From IMG/VR virus record IMGVR_UViG_3300025450_000016: DNA of 64,000 bases. One strand, given 5' to 3'. This document shows positions 38,736-48,381 of this stretch, piece after piece. This DNA comes from a virus. Each line of letters starts with the position of its first letter. Position 1 is the stretch's first letter. Under the pieces are notes generated by a model. It was given only the letters and a program-made list of their open reading frames with translations. It was not told the DNA's origin and did not search any database. The translations under genes were made by a program, and so were the position numbers.

Positions 38736-40124
38736 TTATTTTGATCTCTTCCAAGGTTCGTGTGACGGTGCCACTGTACAGATAGAATCAAACGTGTCAC
38801 CTTCGGTCCATACGCCGTTGGTCAATGCCACATCTGGGTGCGGGGTTGTTGTAGGCGGTGTAGCCGGTGATGGAGAACCACCGCCACCATTGTTTAAGTT
38901 TACCTTGCTGCCATTCAGTGATATTTCTCCATCAGAGCTGGCGCTGAATCCATTGGCTGCCGCAAACGATCCTGTGCTCATTGAATGCAAGGTCATTGGC
39001 CCAATGGATTTAAATGATGCGCTGTCCATTGCATTTAGATTTATCTTGCCGTCGGTGTCTAAAGTAATACCTTTGCCACTGGCACTGATATGTACTGTGT
39101 CTCCCTGTATGTTTACTGCTTTGTCACTGTGTAGATTCAGTGTGCCTTTGCTGCGTACATTAAATCCACGATCTGCGTAAATGTTGATTTGTCCGTTGGG
39201 ACTGAACTCCACCCACTGATGCCCAGATGCGCTGGCAATGTAAAGCACTTGTTCAGTATCGTTCATCAAAATTTGGTGTCCACCTGAACTACGCAATCTA
39301 ATCAGTTGATCTGTGCCTTCGGGGTTGACTGGATCTCCGGCGGCTCCGTCATCCATTACAAAGCTGTGCCCGCCTTTGCGATATATAACTTCTTGGGTTT
39401 TACCAGGCACTTGATTGGTTGCAGTGGCCTTGCGACCCGGAGTGCTGATTCCGTATACATTGCTGGGCGATTCACGTAAACTACTAGAACTAATAGCGCC
39501 GCGTATTTTATCTCGATCAAGTCCTTGATTGAGCAGTATAGAAGTCTGTACATCGTGTGGGTAACGTGGAGTACTGGTCAGTGCATCTTTGGTAAAGGCC
39601 TTGGGATCGCTGGTGCTGTATTCTATCACCGGGACCACAGTATTGCTGGATATTTTACTAGCCAAGGCATCTGTGCTAGGAGCAGTTTTGTTACCAACAG
39701 CTCGACCCATCCCAGGAACCATATGGTGACTTGGTGTATCGTACACACAAGCAAACCAGTAACCGCGTCCTAAGTCGCCGGCCACAAAAGTGACCAATAC
39801 TTTGCAACCAATGTCGGGTGGTACCATCCACATACCGTAACTTTGACCGGCTGTGGCTGCAGTATTGGGTAAATTTTGTCTATCAGTTCCGTAAGTGGTT
39901 CCGTAAAATGGACTGGCATAGCTGACAGGAGTGTATTTGCCGTTGGGGTCGAATGTGCCGTCACGCTCGGGTATGTACACTTCCAGTTGTCCCATACGCG
40001 ATCCTTCCACGTGTCTGACCACTATGGCTTCGTATGGACCCGGGTCCACTGTCATTCCAGAATTTTTGCCATCGGCTTTGGTACTTTGATCTGCACCGGT
40101 TCGGCGTATTAGATTTGATCCCAT
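38736..40124 (-). CDS. gp5: baseplate hub/spike gp5-like (VgrG-like OB fold plus beta-helix)
   Basis: GPYEAIV..RMGQLEVYIP..YGMWMVPPDIGCKVLV.F; GHSFVMDDG, GHQILMND; beta-helix repeats; C-terminal PSHEPW. Confidence 0.8.
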   Translation of the reverse strand: MGSNLIRRTGADQSTKADGKNSGMTVDPGPYEAIVVRHVEGSRMGQLEVYIPERDGTFDPNGKYTPVSYASPFYGTTYGTDRQNLPNTAATAGQSYGMWMVPPDIGCKVLVTFVAGDLGRGYWFACVYDTPSHHMVPGMGRAVGNKTAPSTDALASKISSNTVVPVIEYSTSDPKAFTKDALTSTPRYPHDVQTSILLNQGLDRDKIRGAISSSSLRESPSNVYGISTPGRKATATNQVPGKTQEVIYRKGGHSFVMDDGAAGDPVNPEGTDQLIRLRSSGGHQILMNDTEQVLYIASASGHQWVEFSPNGQINIYADRGFNVRSKGTLNLHSDKAVNIQGDTVHISASGKGITLDTDGKINLNAMDSASFKSIGPMTLHSMSTGSFAAANGFSASSDGEISLNGSKVNLNNGGGGSPSPATPPTTTPHPDVALTNGVWTEGDTFDSICTVAPSHEPWKRSK

Positions 40125-42574
40125 TATGTGCCCTCACCCCATCCATCGTTTGGTATTTTTTCAGATCTTGCGGCTGTGCCATCGTCGGGGAAATCTTCAA
40201 CTTCGGCAGCTCTGTACAACGATCCGTCTTTGTATGTATTGCCCAGGCTGTCGGTAGTATAAGTATCCAATTCAGTATCATATCCGTTTTCGGCAATCTT
40301 TTGTTGATACGTGGCTGCATCACCGGCTGCACTGGACCCGTTGGTAGGCAGTAAACTTTTGAGATTGTCTTGTAATGTGCCGACTGCACCGCCAACTGCG
40401 CCAACAACTGCACCGCCAATGGTACTGCCCACTCGACCAAATGCTGAGCCTGCGCCCGATCCAGTACTGCCTGCACCAAATGCTTTGGCTGCATCGCTGT
40501 TGTTGTAACGAACCAAGTCCAACTCCTGTGTGAACACCCCATGACTGAATTTGTTTTTTATTGTTAAAATTTTGTACTGTCCACTAAAAAAACTGGTACG
40601 CATACCAGGCTTTGGATATACCAGACCTTGGTTGGTGATATCTATATCAATGTCTACCGGAGTGTTTACAGTAAGCGAGCAAACCACTTCTCCACTGTCC
40701 ATTTTGATATGACCATACTGTGCAGCGAATCGATCTTGTCCCAATGAAAGATAGTTGCCGGCACCTTTTATTCCCAATCCGCCCAGCAATCGATTCACAG
40801 TACCATTGATCAAACTGTTTACTGCACCAGTCACAATGTTTGTGGCTGCTGTTGCCAAACTGTTTTCCAACTGCCCCAACAAACTGTTATCTGTTGACAC
40901 TTGTACCGAATCAGCAGAAACAGCACCAGATCCGGTTTTGCTTGAGGGCGTTGGGGTATATAACCAATCGTCTTGTTTGATCAAGGTAGGATCGCCCACG
41001 ATAGTCAAATGCACGTTGACCATGTCGCCGGCTGCATTACTGTATACTGATTTCAATATGTCGGCACTTTGTTGTGCCGCTGGTCTGTTGATAATGTTTA
41101 AACCAACTGTGTTGCTTTGGTCGCCCACCACGCTGTGATATCTAACTGGTGTTGCTGACGGTATCTGTGCCAGCTGTGGAATAAATTGAGAAAGAAAACT
41201 CAAGCTCGGCATAAAACTTGGCAATTTGCTGGTTACTTCTTCGCTGTTGGTGTTTTTTGTAACCTGTGTGGCTGCATTTGTTTTGGTATATTTGTTAACA
41301 GCCGTGTAAAAAGTAGTATCAAACTGCAATTTAAAATCAATGATATCGGTATTTTTTCCTGTGTATATGTAGTTGTAAATCTTGGCTGTGTATGGTGTGC
41401 TGTCCGACAACTGTGGCAAGTCAGGATGATCTGTTTTCCAAGTTGGATACTGTAGTATTTTATAAGTCAGCTGTTTGCCATAGGTATTGCGTGTTTTATC
41501 GTAGGCCAGGAATGTGGATTTAGTCACTACCTTGAATGCGTTAAACACAGAAGTTTCTGTGCTTTCTTTTTTTTCAGGCTTTTCCAATCCCAGTTGTTTG
41601 TTGATTAGCCAATCGCTTTGTGCCAACACTTTGTTAATAATGTCAACGTAGGTAGTACCTTTTGGTATGTTAAAAGTGTTTTTGCTGAGATCAATGCCAG
41701 GAGCAACTGCGCCAGTTTTTTTAAAGCCATCGGGGTTGCCTTGGCTCAATGGGGTCAGCTGGTCTGACACTATACTGCTTTTGGCTATTTCTGGATCAAA
41801 TTCCCATTTAAAAACATCAGCTACTGTGCGTTTGCCATCAGTGACTTCGGCCTGATAAAAATCTGCCAATTCGCCAGCCACTCCTTTGGTAGGCGGTTTG
41901 GCATTGGGGTCTCCGTTGAAAAACTCATCAACTGTTCGAGCTGTAATAGACATATTGCGTGGAGTAGTGCGCAGTTCGTCGCTGTGTGCATCACCGGATC
42001 CGGTAGGAACAAATCCCAGTTTGTATTCGGTGCCCTTGGTACCAACACTGATTTTGCACTCAATGATTTTTATTGGAAAACGTTTTCTAAATATGTTGGC
42101 ATACTGTCGACCGATTGGATTGCCGTTGTCATCGTAGCCGGTAAAATTTAATTCTAACATATAGGGCTGTTGCAGGTAATTTTGAAATCCCGACGATGTT
42201 TGACTGGCCATCAGCAGGCTGTCAATCAAGGTAACTCCGTAGGGTTCAATGATGGTAAACGTACCTTCAATCATGTTGGTACTTTTGCTTTTTTTATTAA
42301 GTCCAATTACTGTTGTAAATTCAACATCTTGAATATAATAATTTAGGCCGGCTGTGCTGGGCAGTCGGCGATCTGGATATAGACCGGAATCTTCGGCGAC
42401 CACGTAGCTGTTTGGCCCCAACTGATAAGTGACAGCACTTTCAACTTGACTGGCAGTCAATGCATTGTAGTCTGCAACATCCAACCACCATAGGCTCCAA
42501 GTGTAGGTATAGCTGGCGTAATTGTGCAGGGGATTGGGTACTACACTAGTGGGAATTGGAGCTTGAACGGCCAT
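40124..42574 (-). CDS. baseplate hub protein (gp27-like position)
   Basis: NPLHNYASYTY, IIEPYG, LTIVGDP, FSGQYKI..FTQEL; lies between gp53-like and gp5-like genes. Confidence 0.55.
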   Translation of the reverse strand: MAVQAPIPTSVVPNPLHNYASYTYTWSLWWLDVADYNALTASQVESAVTYQLGPNSYVVAEDSGLYPDRRLPSTAGLNYYIQDVEFTTVIGLNKKSKSTNMIEGTFTIIEPYGVTLIDSLLMASQTSSGFQNYLQQPYMLELNFTGYDDNGNPIGRQYANIFRKRFPIKIIECKISVGTKGTEYKLGFVPTGSGDAHSDELRTTPRNMSITARTVDEFFNGDPNAKPPTKGVAGELADFYQAEVTDGKRTVADVFKWEFDPEIAKSSIVSDQLTPLSQGNPDGFKKTGAVAPGIDLSKNTFNIPKGTTYVDIINKVLAQSDWLINKQLGLEKPEKKESTETSVFNAFKVVTKSTFLAYDKTRNTYGKQLTYKILQYPTWKTDHPDLPQLSDSTPYTAKIYNYIYTGKNTDIIDFKLQFDTTFYTAVNKYTKTNAATQVTKNTNSEEVTSKLPSFMPSLSFLSQFIPQLAQIPSATPVRYHSVVGDQSNTVGLNIINRPAAQQSADILKSVYSNAAGDMVNVHLTIVGDPTLIKQDDWLYTPTPSSKTGSGAVSADSVQVSTDNSLLGQLENSLATAATNIVTGAVNSLINGTVNRLLGGLGIKGAGNYLSLGQDRFAAQYGHIKMDSGEVVCSLTVNTPVDIDIDITNQGLVYPKPGMRTSFFSGQYKILTIKNKFSHGVFTQELDLVRYNNSDAAKAFGAGSTGSGAGSAFGRVGSTIGGAVVGAVGGAVGTLQDNLKSLLPTNGSSAAGDAATYQQKIAENGYDTELDTYTTDSLGNTYKDGSLYRAAEVEDFPDDGTAARSEKIPNDGWGEGT

Positions 42575-42577
42575 GGT

Positions 42578-42877
42578 TTATAAACCCAATGCTTTTTTGA
42601 TTGTGGTAGCAGTGGGCACGTAAATGATGTTGGGTGCAAGAAAATTAAAAACAGGATCTTTAAGTACATCTGGATTACGCACCGCAAACACCCACCACAA
42701 GTTGCTGTCGCCATACAATTTGTGTGCCAGCAGATCGGGACGTAGGTTAAAAGGTGGGTCAATTTCGTATCTGGCATCGGTGCTGGCAGCAGGAATTGTT
42801 TTTCCAACCCATATGTCTAAAAATGGCCCCCACGTGCCGGTACCATTGTAAGGGCTAGTGTTTGAATATTTGGCCAT
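42578..42877 (-). CDS. gp53: baseplate wedge protein gp53-like (LysM-like)
   Basis: RPDLLAHKLYGDSNLWWVFA.RNP..L.DP..IYVP. Confidence 0.85.
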   Translation of the reverse strand: MAKYSNTSPYNGTGTWGPFLDIWVGKTIPAASTDARYEIDPPFNLRPDLLAHKLYGDSNLWWVFAVRNPDVLKDPVFNFLAPNIIYVPTATTIKKALGL

Positions 42878-43875
42878 TAAATAAATCCACCATTTTTATT
42901 GTTGCTGGCATACTGAGAACCGTGACTTGCACCAAACGCACTGGCTGGGTTGCCAGCACCAGGCGGATTGATCAATGAACCATTGGAGAAATCTTCGAGA
43001 CTGAAGTTTTGACTCTGTGCGGTACGACTGTAAACAGGTTGCAGAGACACTGAAATAGAACTGGTAGTTGGCAAGCGTGTGCTGTTTAATCTTGCACCGG
43101 TCAACTGTGGGTTGAAATTGGGCAAGCCTGGTTCAGGAATGTCCATATAGTCAACTTCAGCCGGCATAGTGTGACTGAAACTGGTGACCACACACGGCAC
43201 ATTGGGCAAATAGTATTGACCATATCCGTTCAAATAAACTATGGGCGGTGGGTTACCTACTAGGTCTGCTGGATCAGATCCAAAAAACATTTTAGTAACG
43301 CTGCGGAAGAAATAGATACAGGCCAACAGGTATTGACCTTCGTTGATGTTTTGCACAGTAAAATCGCCCGAGATTGAAATGGCCGACACTTCACTGCTTT
43401 CGTAATAGTATTGTGCGTAATTGTTGTGAGTTAATTTTTGCGAAGAATAGTTTGCAGTATGAGTTATCTGCACTTGTGGAGTATACGGAAAAACTACACC
43501 AACTCGTTGCGATCCGCCAAATAGCGCATTGGCTATGCCGGTCAAGGCAAAATCGCCACCGCCACCCGATCCATTGACTTCAGTACGCAACGGACTCAGT
43601 AAACTGTTGTTGGGATCGTTGTAAAAATAGTTTGCGCCAGCCGGTAAACTGATACGCACTCGCCAGTCCTGATTGGCATTAGGATAGGTAAATCTAGGTG
43701 CAGGTGCAGTTGTTTTGGTGCTGTACTTGAACATATCAGCCACGTTTACTGCATTGGATCTTGAACTCAATCCAACAGAACCCAACAGGCTTGAGCTTAT
43801 GGCCTGCCCGATCTGTTGCCCAAATGAGCCGTCTAAGCTGTTACCGGGTAGTGGTGCGTTAGGTAAAACTGGCAT
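42877..43875 (-). CDS. tail tube initiator or baseplate-tube junction protein (gp48/gp54-like)
   Basis: GVVFPYTP..F.RSVTKMFFG..PPPIVYL.GYG..VPCVVTSF; position in the baseplate block. Confidence 0.55.
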   Translation of the reverse strand: MPVLPNAPLPGNSLDGSFGQQIGQAISSSLLGSVGLSSRSNAVNVADMFKYSTKTTAPAPRFTYPNANQDWRVRISLPAGANYFYNDPNNSLLSPLRTEVNGSGGGGDFALTGIANALFGGSQRVGVVFPYTPQVQITHTANYSSQKLTHNNYAQYYYESSEVSAISISGDFTVQNINEGQYLLACIYFFRSVTKMFFGSDPADLVGNPPPIVYLNGYGQYYLPNVPCVVTSFSHTMPAEVDYMDIPEPGLPNFNPQLTGARLNSTRLPTTSSISVSLQPVYSRTAQSQNFSLEDFSNGSLINPPGAGNPASAFGASHGSQYASNNKNGGFI

Positions 43876-43896
43876 AAGTGTTCCTGTGTTATACAG

Positions 43897-43903
43897 TATT
43901 TAT
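43897..43903 (-). promoter_or_regulatory. gp55-type late promoter (ATAAATA)
   Basis: TATTTAT on the plus strand, 21 nt before the ATG at 43875. The same motif occurs at 18171-18177, 20176-20182, 23808-23814, 37658-37664 and 38066-38072. Confidence 0.7.
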
Positions 43904-43945
43904 TGATATCAATATGTGGGCATATAAAGATTTTTTTAAAAAAGG

Positions 43946-43975
43946 TTGACCTTGCGAAGATAATTATGTTAGTAT
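43946..43975 (+). promoter_or_regulatory. sigma70-type promoter of gp55
   Basis: TTGACC, 18-nt spacer, TAGTAT, with an extended -10 TG. Confidence 0.55.
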
Positions 43976-43999
43976 GTGCTAACTTTAAAGGAACTAGAG

Positions 44000-44884
44000 G
44001 TGCGCCATAACTATCTTAACAACAAAGACATTCTAAAAGAAATTCACAAAAGCAAAAATACCTATTGCTACTATACTGCTCCTGCCTACGCAGACTACGA
44101 TATGATTTTGCCAGCAGTATCAAAAATAAACAAAAAGAACATCTTGCAAGCACGTAAAGATCGTGCTGTGCGTTTGCAAAAGCTGGCGCACGAAGCAGCT
44201 ACAGCCGACGGCACCAAGCGCAAGATGGACGAATTTGAAATCAAGCTCAAGGACGTGCCTGACACCGATGTGGTATTCCGTGTCATGACATGGGATCATA
44301 TTCCAGTGGACGATGTCAAAAGCCGCAAAGCCGCTATCAAAGCCTACGAAGAAGAAGAGGGTGCTGTTACTCATTCCGAGTACGACGATGACACCTTGGA
44401 CATTGCCGGCAATACCAAATATGTCAAAGTTAATTTTCCGCCGTTTGAACACTACACAGTTACCGAAGAGGGCGAACCTGTATTGGTGGGACGTAGTCAC
44501 TGGCAAGGTGATTTTGTCAAGGGCAACTTCAGCAAAGATCACGGCAAAATGACTCCAAAATTGGCTCATATGTTTATCAAGCTGTGCGAACGCTATGCCA
44601 CTCGTAGCAACTGGCGTGGTTACACCTACAACGACGAAATGCGTAGTCAAGCATTGTTACAGTTATCACAAATTGGACTACAGTTTGATGAATCTAAAAG
44701 TCAAAATCCATTTGCCTATTACACAGCGGCCATTACCAACAGTTTTACACGTGTTCTAAATATTGAAAAACGTAATCAAAACTTACGTGATGACATTTTA
44801 GAAATGAACAACTTAACACCAAGCTACACACGTCAAGGTATGAAAATCAGTACCGGCAGCAGTGATGGTGGCTACGACGATTGA
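44000..44884 (+). CDS. gp55: late-transcription sigma factor gp55-like (ORF track start 43976; probable GTG 44000 after AAGGA)
   Basis: NYLNNKDIL; ERYATRSNWRGYTYNDEM; FDESKSQNPFAYYT..NSF.R.LNIEK. Confidence 0.9.
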   Translation: MRHNYLNNKDILKEIHKSKNTYCYYTAPAYADYDMILPAVSKINKKNILQARKDRAVRLQKLAHEAATADGTKRKMDEFEIKLKDVPDTDVVFRVMTWDHIPVDDVKSRKAAIKAYEEEEGAVTHSEYDDDTLDIAGNTKYVKVNFPPFEHYTVTEEGEPVLVGRSHWQGDFVKGNFSKDHGKMTPKLAHMFIKLCERYATRSNWRGYTYNDEMRSQALLQLSQIGLQFDESKSQNPFAYYTAAITNSFTRVLNIEKRNQNLRDDILEMNNLTPSYTRQGMKISTGSSDGGYDD

Positions 44885-44895
44885 ACAAATTAGTA

Positions 44896-44924
44896 TTGCA
44901 TTTACCAAAACAATCAGTTATACT
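44896..44924 (+). promoter_or_regulatory. sigma70-type promoter of gp47 (probably leaderless mRNA)
   Basis: TTGCAT-N17-TATACT; ATG 8 nt after the -10; no SD. Confidence 0.7.
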
Positions 44925-44932
44925 GTGTAACT

Positions 44933-45952
44933 ATGACAAACCTTTTTAAGAAGGCCGCAGTCTTCACAGACATACATTTCGGCTTAAAATCCAATAGTAC
45001 CTTGCACAACGAAGACTGTTTGGCCTTTGTCAAATGGGCCACAGCCAAAGCCAAAGAGGAAGGATGTGAAACCTGCATCTTTACCGGTGACTGGCACAAC
45101 AATCGTGCGTCAATCAATATTTTAACTCTGGGCTACAGTCTCAGAGCTTTGGAACATTTGAATGACAATTTTGACTCTGTGTATTTTATTCCCGGCAACC
45201 ACGATTTATACTATAGAGACAAGCGAGATGTGCAAAGCGTGGAGTGGGCCAAACACCTACCCAACATCAAGATTGTGAATGATTGGTTTACTCAAGGTGA
45301 TGTTACTATTGCTCCGTGGCTCATTGGTGATGACCACAAGCGTTTAAAAAAATTAACTGGTAAATATATGTTTGGGCACTTTGAATTACCAGGTTATTTG
45401 ATGAATGCCATGGTTGCCATGCCCGATCACGGTGATGTAGATCCCAAAAACGACCTCAAAGGTTTTGAACACGTTTATTCAGGTCATTTCCACAAGCGTC
45501 AAACCAAAGGCAATATTACCTATCTGGGCAACTGTTTTCCACACAACTATGCCGATGCCGGTGATGATGACCGCGGCCTAATGATTCTAGAATGGGACAA
45601 GCCACCAGTTTATCACGCCTGGCCTGATCAACCTATGTATCGTGTGTTCCAGTTGAGTGATGTGCTCAAGCACACCGAAGTTATGCTTAGGCCCAATATG
45701 CACGTAAGGGTAAATTTAGATATCGATATCAGCTACGAAGAAGCCACATTTATCAAAGAAACTTTTATTGACACTTACAACCTGCGTGAAATTACCTTGA
45801 TACCGGCCAAAACCACAGATCTAAGCGAATACGAAATACAAGGCAACATAGCATTTGAATCGGTGGATCAGATTGTGTTCGGACAACTGAATTCCATTGA
45901 AAGCGAGCAGTACAACAAAAATTTACTGTTGGACATTTACAGAAATCTCTGA
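44933..45952 (+). CDS. gp47: recombination endonuclease subunit (Mre11/SbcD-like)
   Basis: FTDIHFG, GDW, GNHD, GHFE, SGHFH metallophosphoesterase motifs. Confidence 0.93.
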   Translation: MTNLFKKAAVFTDIHFGLKSNSTLHNEDCLAFVKWATAKAKEEGCETCIFTGDWHNNRASINILTLGYSLRALEHLNDNFDSVYFIPGNHDLYYRDKRDVQSVEWAKHLPNIKIVNDWFTQGDVTIAPWLIGDDHKRLKKLTGKYMFGHFELPGYLMNAMVAMPDHGDVDPKNDLKGFEHVYSGHFHKRQTKGNITYLGNCFPHNYADAGDDDRGLMILEWDKPPVYHAWPDQPMYRVFQLSDVLKHTEVMLRPNMHVRVNLDIDISYEEATFIKETFIDTYNLREITLIPAKTTDLSEYEIQGNIAFESVDQIVFGQLNSIESEQYNKNLLLDIYRNL

Positions 45953-45955
45953 GTA

Positions 45956-46945
45956 ATGTATGCATTTGAGGATATCCGCAGACTAGAAATTGAGCCTACA
46001 AATCAGTGTCAGGCTCGTTGTCCTCAATGCTTACGCACCCCACCCGATGGTACAGTTAATAAATTCTTACGTGACGAACTATCACTAGATGTAATTCGCA
46101 ATCAAATTCCCGTCGGCTTCTGGGCGCAATTAACCAATATTAATTTTCAAGGCAGTACCGGCGACTGTATGGCACACAGAGACATTGTGAATATTGTGCG
46201 CTATATGAAACTGCATAGTCCGGCCCAAATAACAGTACACACCAATGGCGGACTTGGTTCCGCCGATACCTGGGCAGATTTAGCTAGAGTATTAGACCCC
46301 CACGACAAGGTTGTATTTGGCATTGATGGTTTAGCTGATACTAGTCCTTTATATCGCATAGGTGTTGACTTTGATCTTGCTATACGAAATGCCCAAACAT
46401 TTATTTCTGCGGGTGGACAGGCTGAATGGCAATATATTGTGTTCCAACACAATCAACATCAAATTGAACAGGCAAAGCAATTGAGTCGCGACTTAGGATT
46501 TCAAAAATTTTGGCTACGTAGCTCAGGTCGCTTTGAAGGCAAAGGTTATCAAGATGTTTATGATAAAGGTACGGTAACACACAGACTAGAGCCTGCCACA
46601 ATCAAAGTCAATTCCTACGTAGAAGGCGAATACAAACAGAATATTCAGACCACAGCAATTGACTGTGAAGCTATCGATACCAAATGGATTGGTATATATG
46701 CTGATGGTACTGTGTGGCCTTGCTGTCATTTAATGGGATGGCATCGTATTCCCAATTATGGTCTGAGTAATTTAATAAACAAAAAGAAAATCATTGAAGT
46801 AGTCGGCGATTACAGCCAAATTGATTTGCACACGCATACCTTAGACACTATTATTCGCAGTGACGTATTTCAAAAGAACTATGAGAAAAGTTTTACAAGC
46901 AGTCAACCAATACCAGTGTGTGTAAGCACCTGCAGACGACGATGA
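45956..46945 (+). CDS. radical SAM protein with C-terminal twitch/SPASM domain
   Basis: CQARCPQC; HTNGG; FGIDG; C-terminal C..DGTVWPCC..CVSTC. Confidence 0.9.
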   Translation: MYAFEDIRRLEIEPTNQCQARCPQCLRTPPDGTVNKFLRDELSLDVIRNQIPVGFWAQLTNINFQGSTGDCMAHRDIVNIVRYMKLHSPAQITVHTNGGLGSADTWADLARVLDPHDKVVFGIDGLADTSPLYRIGVDFDLAIRNAQTFISAGGQAEWQYIVFQHNQHQIEQAKQLSRDLGFQKFWLRSSGRFEGKGYQDVYDKGTVTHRLEPATIKVNSYVEGEYKQNIQTTAIDCEAIDTKWIGIYADGTVWPCCHLMGWHRIPNYGLSNLINKKKIIEVVGDYSQIDLHTHTLDTIIRSDVFQKNYEKSFTSSQPIPVCVSTCRRR

Positions 46946-48381
46946 ACACGCAAGAACTACGAGCCAACTTGGAAAAAGACTATAAGTTATTGGTATTTGC
47001 TGACTTTGCAGAAGTTAGCCACTCACCAACGGCTGCTTACAAGTTATTAGAAAGTGTACGCAAGGATGAGTTTGCCGACCGCGAGCGTATTGTATTCTAT
47101 GGTAATTACCCAGACCCGGAGTTGGTTAATCACGTGGCCAGGGCCAGAGAACTGTTGGACATTGGCGAGTTCTTTTGTATTTGGCAAAATGATATTTCTG
47201 ATGCCGGCATACCAGGAACAGGATACCAGGTCAACAGTGACACGTTTTGTCCATTGCTGTGGGGTCATTTAGAAGTTAGACACAACGGCGATGTATATCC
47301 TTGCTGTGTAAGCAAAGAGTTTATTGGTAACGGCAACGATAATACCTTAACAGAGTTATATCACAGTGATCAAATGAATCGTATACGTACAGAACTATTG
47401 TCTGGTGTGCAATCCAAGGGCTGTGAAAAATGTTGGCGTCACGAAGCTGAAGGCTTACAATCAAATCGCCAATGGCACATAGGCAAGAACAGCCGTGATT
47501 TTTACAGTACCTGGCACGATGACCTAAAAGTACGCAGCTTGGACTTGAAGCCCGGTAATGTATGCAATTTTAAATGCCGTGTTTGTAACCCAACTAGTAG
47601 TAGTTTGGTGGCCGAGGAAGTGAGACAAAGTCAACGACAACGTGGTATTAGTATTCCGGTGGTGGGCGATCGTTGGGCTGGCTACAATGAGTTTATGTGG
47701 GGCGAGCTAGATCGACTCATACCCGACGTAGAAAATTTAGATTTCTACGGCGGTGAACCGTTTTTGTTAAAAGAGTTAAAGACATTTTTACATTCGGCTG
47801 TGGCCAATGGTCACGCTGATCATATACGTTTGCACTTCAACACCAATGGTAGCGTATATCCCGAGGACTTGATTGATACTCTGCGACAATTTCGCGAAGT
47901 TGATGTTTGTTTGAGTATTGACAATGTGGGCATTCAATTTGAATTAGAGCGCGGTGGCACGTGGACAGCAGTTGAACAAAATATTTTACGATTCAAAGAG
48001 TTAACTGCCGATCCTGTGTTCAAAGTAAGCATATTCCCCACTGTCAACATACAAAACATTTATTACCTGGATCGTTTGTATGAGTGGGCCGACCAACACA
48101 ACATAATGGTCACTTTAAACTACTTGGATGATCCCGATTACCTGAGCATAGACTCAATGACTTCTGCGGCACGTGACTTGGTTGTTGATAAATATCAAAC
48201 TAGTTCAAACGAATCTTTGCGTAATCTAGCTCAAAGAATCAAATCAAGCGCCGGCAGCAACGGACAAAAATTTATAAAAACTGTGGCGTACTATGACCGT
48301 ATACGCTCACAAGACTTTACCAAGACTCACACAGAAATAGCTCAAGCGATGGGCTACACAGGACTCAACAATGATAACTAG
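46942..48381 (+). CDS. radical SAM protein with N-terminal extension and twitch domain (probable start ATG 46942)
   Basis: CPLLW..YPCC..CEKCW; CNFKCRVC; FYGGEP; ATGA overlap with the upstream stop. Confidence 0.9.
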   Translation: MNTQELRANLEKDYKLLVFADFAEVSHSPTAAYKLLESVRKDEFADRERIVFYGNYPDPELVNHVARARELLDIGEFFCIWQNDISDAGIPGTGYQVNSDTFCPLLWGHLEVRHNGDVYPCCVSKEFIGNGNDNTLTELYHSDQMNRIRTELLSGVQSKGCEKCWRHEAEGLQSNRQWHIGKNSRDFYSTWHDDLKVRSLDLKPGNVCNFKCRVCNPTSSSLVAEEVRQSQRQRGISIPVVGDRWAGYNEFMWGELDRLIPDVENLDFYGGEPFLLKELKTFLHSAVANGHADHIRLHFNTNGSVYPEDLIDTLRQFREVDVCLSIDNVGIQFELERGGTWTAVEQNILRFKELTADPVFKVSIFPTVNIQNIYYLDRLYEWADQHNIMVTLNYLDDPDYLSIDSMTSAARDLVVDKYQTSSNESLRNLAQRIKSSAGSNGQKFIKTVAYYDRIRSQDFTKTHTEIAQAMGYTGLNNDN

